Below are positions 61,425-64,000 of a stretch of DNA of 64,000 nt, in pieces. Origin of the DNA: Takakia lepidozioides (Eukaryota; Plantae; Bryophyta); NCBI GenBank assembly GCA_030704615.1, contig CM060731.1:32736001-32800000 (forward strand). Reading direction: 5' to 3'. Both the position numbers and the translations under genes were made by a program. Each line of letters begins with the position of its first letter. Position 1 is the first letter of the stretch. Below the pieces are notes generated by a model that searched no databases, was not told the origin of the DNA, and saw only the letters and a program-made list of their open reading frames with translations.

Positions 61425-62176
61425 CAAATTGTCACTGATAATTACTTTACCTCTGTCCAACTTCTTTATGACTTGGCGAAGCTTGGCACTTGGGCCACTG
61501 ACACAGTCAGATTGAACCGAAAGGGTCTTCCTCCCTCTTTGCTGAAAATGAAGAAATCCAAAACTGCCAAGCAAGGGAAGTCATGGTACATGATGCATGA
61601 TTCAAGGGAGGTGGCTGTTATGTTATGGTGGGACAAGAAGGGGGTCTTTTTATTGTCATCTGCAGCCAGGCCAGCATGCAGCCCGTCCTCTCCTGCGACT
61701 GTATGCCGTTTTGTGGGAAACCAAAGAGTGCCTGTGCCATCTATGCCTGCTCATGTGCAATACCAAACGTATGTGCGAGGAGTAGATGTGTAGGACCAGC
61801 TGAGGGGTGCGTATAGCTTGCAGCTGCGCACAAAGAAGTGGTGGCATCGTGGGGTTTTTTTTTTCTGGATACCACAATGGTGAATGCATATATATTGCAT
61901 TCTGCAATGGAGAGAAGGATGGGGCGTCGGGACATGACACATCTCGAATTCAATCTGGCTTTGGCATACGGATTGATAGCGGGCTGCTGCACTGACATCA
62001 TGGACACCACTAGGGATGTGGAATGCACGTTTGTGCATCAGTGCTTTCACACGACAAGGCGATGATTGTGTGTTATGTGTCACGTTCGTACTCACTATTA
62101 CTGCCCTGGCTGTGATGGTAGCCACTTGTGCCTTGGGCCGTGTTGGAATGAGACACACCGACATGCCACGAGGTGA
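61425..62176 (+). pseudogene. piggyBac transposase C-terminal half with cysteine-rich domain
   Basis: QIVTDNYFTS (D2), TVRLNRKGLP, WWDKKGV, RGVDV*DQL (D3), KKWWHR, VNAYIL and CVMCHVRTHYYCPGCDGSHLCLGPCW. Stops and a frameshift are present. Confidence 0.9.
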
Positions 62177-62329
62177 CTGCAGCTAGGCCTTTCAGTGGTT
62201 GCTTCTTCCTTGTGTGTGTGCATTGGTTGTGTGGATAGGGGTTCACTGCTGTGTTGGATTGCATTGCAGGCATGCTGACGTTGGCTGTGGATGGCGTGTG
62301 TGCGTGGGGTGTGTTTCTCACTGATCTGT

Positions 62330-62910
62330 GGTGGCTGTAGGGGTATTGGGGGTGTGCTGGTGTTGGTTGATGGGCAGTGGAGGTTTTTGGGGGTCATGGG
62401 TGTGTGCTGCTGCTGTTGGTTCATGGGCAGTGGAGGCGTCTGGGGTCATGGGGGTGTGTTGCTATTGGTTCATGGGCAGTGCTGGTCATGTGGGGGTGTG
62501 TTGCTGATGGTTCACAGGCTGTGGGGGTCATGTCGATCTGCTGCTGCTGGTTGAGGGGTTGTGGAGGTGATGGGGGTCTTGGTGTATTTGACGTAGGAGC
62601 GTTGTGTTTGGGTGGTTTCACACTTTTGGGGAAGAGAGAGGGGAGGGGGGGGGGCGGGGCAGCAGTGCAGCAGTGATGGTAGTGGTTCTGCTTTTTGGGG
62701 TGATGCTTGCTGGCTTGGGGGGGGGGGAACTGTCTGCACAATGGGCAGATCGGGGGGTTCAACTCCCCCCCAGTTCTGGGATCATGATATTCATGGGGAA
62801 CTTGTATTGCTGCATTGGGAGTAAAGCAGGTGCTCGCGGGGACCTTGTATCGCTGCATTGGGGTAACGCAGGAGCTCGCGGGGAGCTTGTATCGTTGCAC
62901 TGGGGTAAAG
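62330..62910. repeat. GT-rich ~40-50-bp tandem repeats (62330-62560) and three ~41-bp repeats (62800-62910) downstream of the piggyBac ORF
   Basis: Recurring GGGGTGTGTTGCT..TGGTTCATGGGCAGTG and CTTGTATCGCTGCATTGGGGTAA.GCAGG. Confidence 0.7.
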
Positions 62911-64000
62911 CAAGTAGTTGGTAGTTGGTAGTTAGTTTTCAGACGCTTGTCAGGTGAAACGCCGAAACAGAGGGCTTCCCCAGGCCCTTCTTAGGGTTTC
63001 GCATTGGGGGTCCCCCGACATTTTGTCGCCAATCGGTGACGTAGCCCATTTTTTGTAGCCGGAAATGTCTACCGGCTCGGGCAATATTTGGCCTGAGCTG
63101 GGATTGAAGTAGAAATTCACAGAAACAGAAATCAGTGCTTCAATTTTTGCTGAAATTCTGAAATTCTTTTTGGAGGTGGTACTTCATCATTCAAGGGAGA
63201 CTTTCACCGCAACAATTGTGATTCCAAGGAAATTTGGCCCCCCTCAGCCTGAATTACATGTCATTTGAGCTTCATGGTGTGTTTTGACCCCCCTGTTTTC
63301 CTTTACAAAGCAACCTTGTGAAAATTTGGGAATTATGCTTTGGAATTTTGCCACAACATGCTTTAGGTGCCACATAATGGGAATCTGGATAGGGTTGTGA
63401 GGAATTTTTTTTTGTCGATCCACTTTCCTGGTCAAACCATTTTTCCACTGCAAATTTGGAGTGTATCCCAAATTTAGGACTTGCAAATTTCTTATAATCT
63501 TCCAAAATACACGAAATGAGCTGAAATTTTCATAGAAGCTGGATGAAGTAGGTAGCCTCCAATTCATACGGTTCATCCGTGTGGATGTTAGTTTCGTGAG
63601 AGATATACCCTCATCCATGAGGGTATGTCTTGTTTTGGAGGGGGCCCACCAAAAACTGCCTCGTCCATTAGGGGTTAAGGAGTACAAATGAGGACTTTTC
63701 TCAGCCACCCTAGCTTGCTTTCACCCACTTGAACCCTTCTTTGCTAGCCACCCACTTTCCTTTTACTATTTGCAGCCGTCCTGTGTATAGTGTAGTCTGT
63801 CCATAGAAACCCTAAAAATCCCTGAAAGATCTTTGCCTCGTACGGATTTTCAAGAATATCGATGTGTTGTATGTCTCAACGAGGAATTCGTGTCGACAGC
63901 TCGTTGGGATACGCAAGTGAAGTGGAATGGTGTCAGGCAAGTTAAGTAGAAATGCGCACTTGTGTAACTAAATTGCGACAGTGCGGCAAACGCGAAGGAA

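Overview
Eukaryotic nuclear DNA from a land plant, probably a bryophyte (inferred from the PLS-DYW PPR, F-box/PP2 and L-lectin genes and the TE spectrum). It is TE-dense. Host genes: a secreted, probably GPI-anchored L-type lectin, an F-box/PP2-B gene and RPN5. Decayed genes: a tyrosine aminotransferase, a PPR-DYW and an F-box/kelch-like gene. Mobile DNA: four insertions of one Ty3/gypsy chromovirus family (one full length with TSD, nested in a CACTA element), a GGGTTACA-rich unclassified element with a Ulp1 protease, a piggyBac transposase broken by an inversion, a TTAA-flanked piggyBac-type MITE, and tRNA-derived SINEs. The best candidate for an undescribed system is a ~9.6 kb Mutator-like element (36809-46380). 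It pairs a DDE/SWIM transposase with a divergently oriented, ~10-exon gene encoding a ParB-like domain fused to a prokaryote-type beta-class N6-adenine/N4-cytosine DNA methyltransferase. It also carries 18 GTYRAC-centred palindromes, 12 inside that gene's introns and 6 in an exactly 42-bp-phased array. Gene models were built by eye and no database searches were run.
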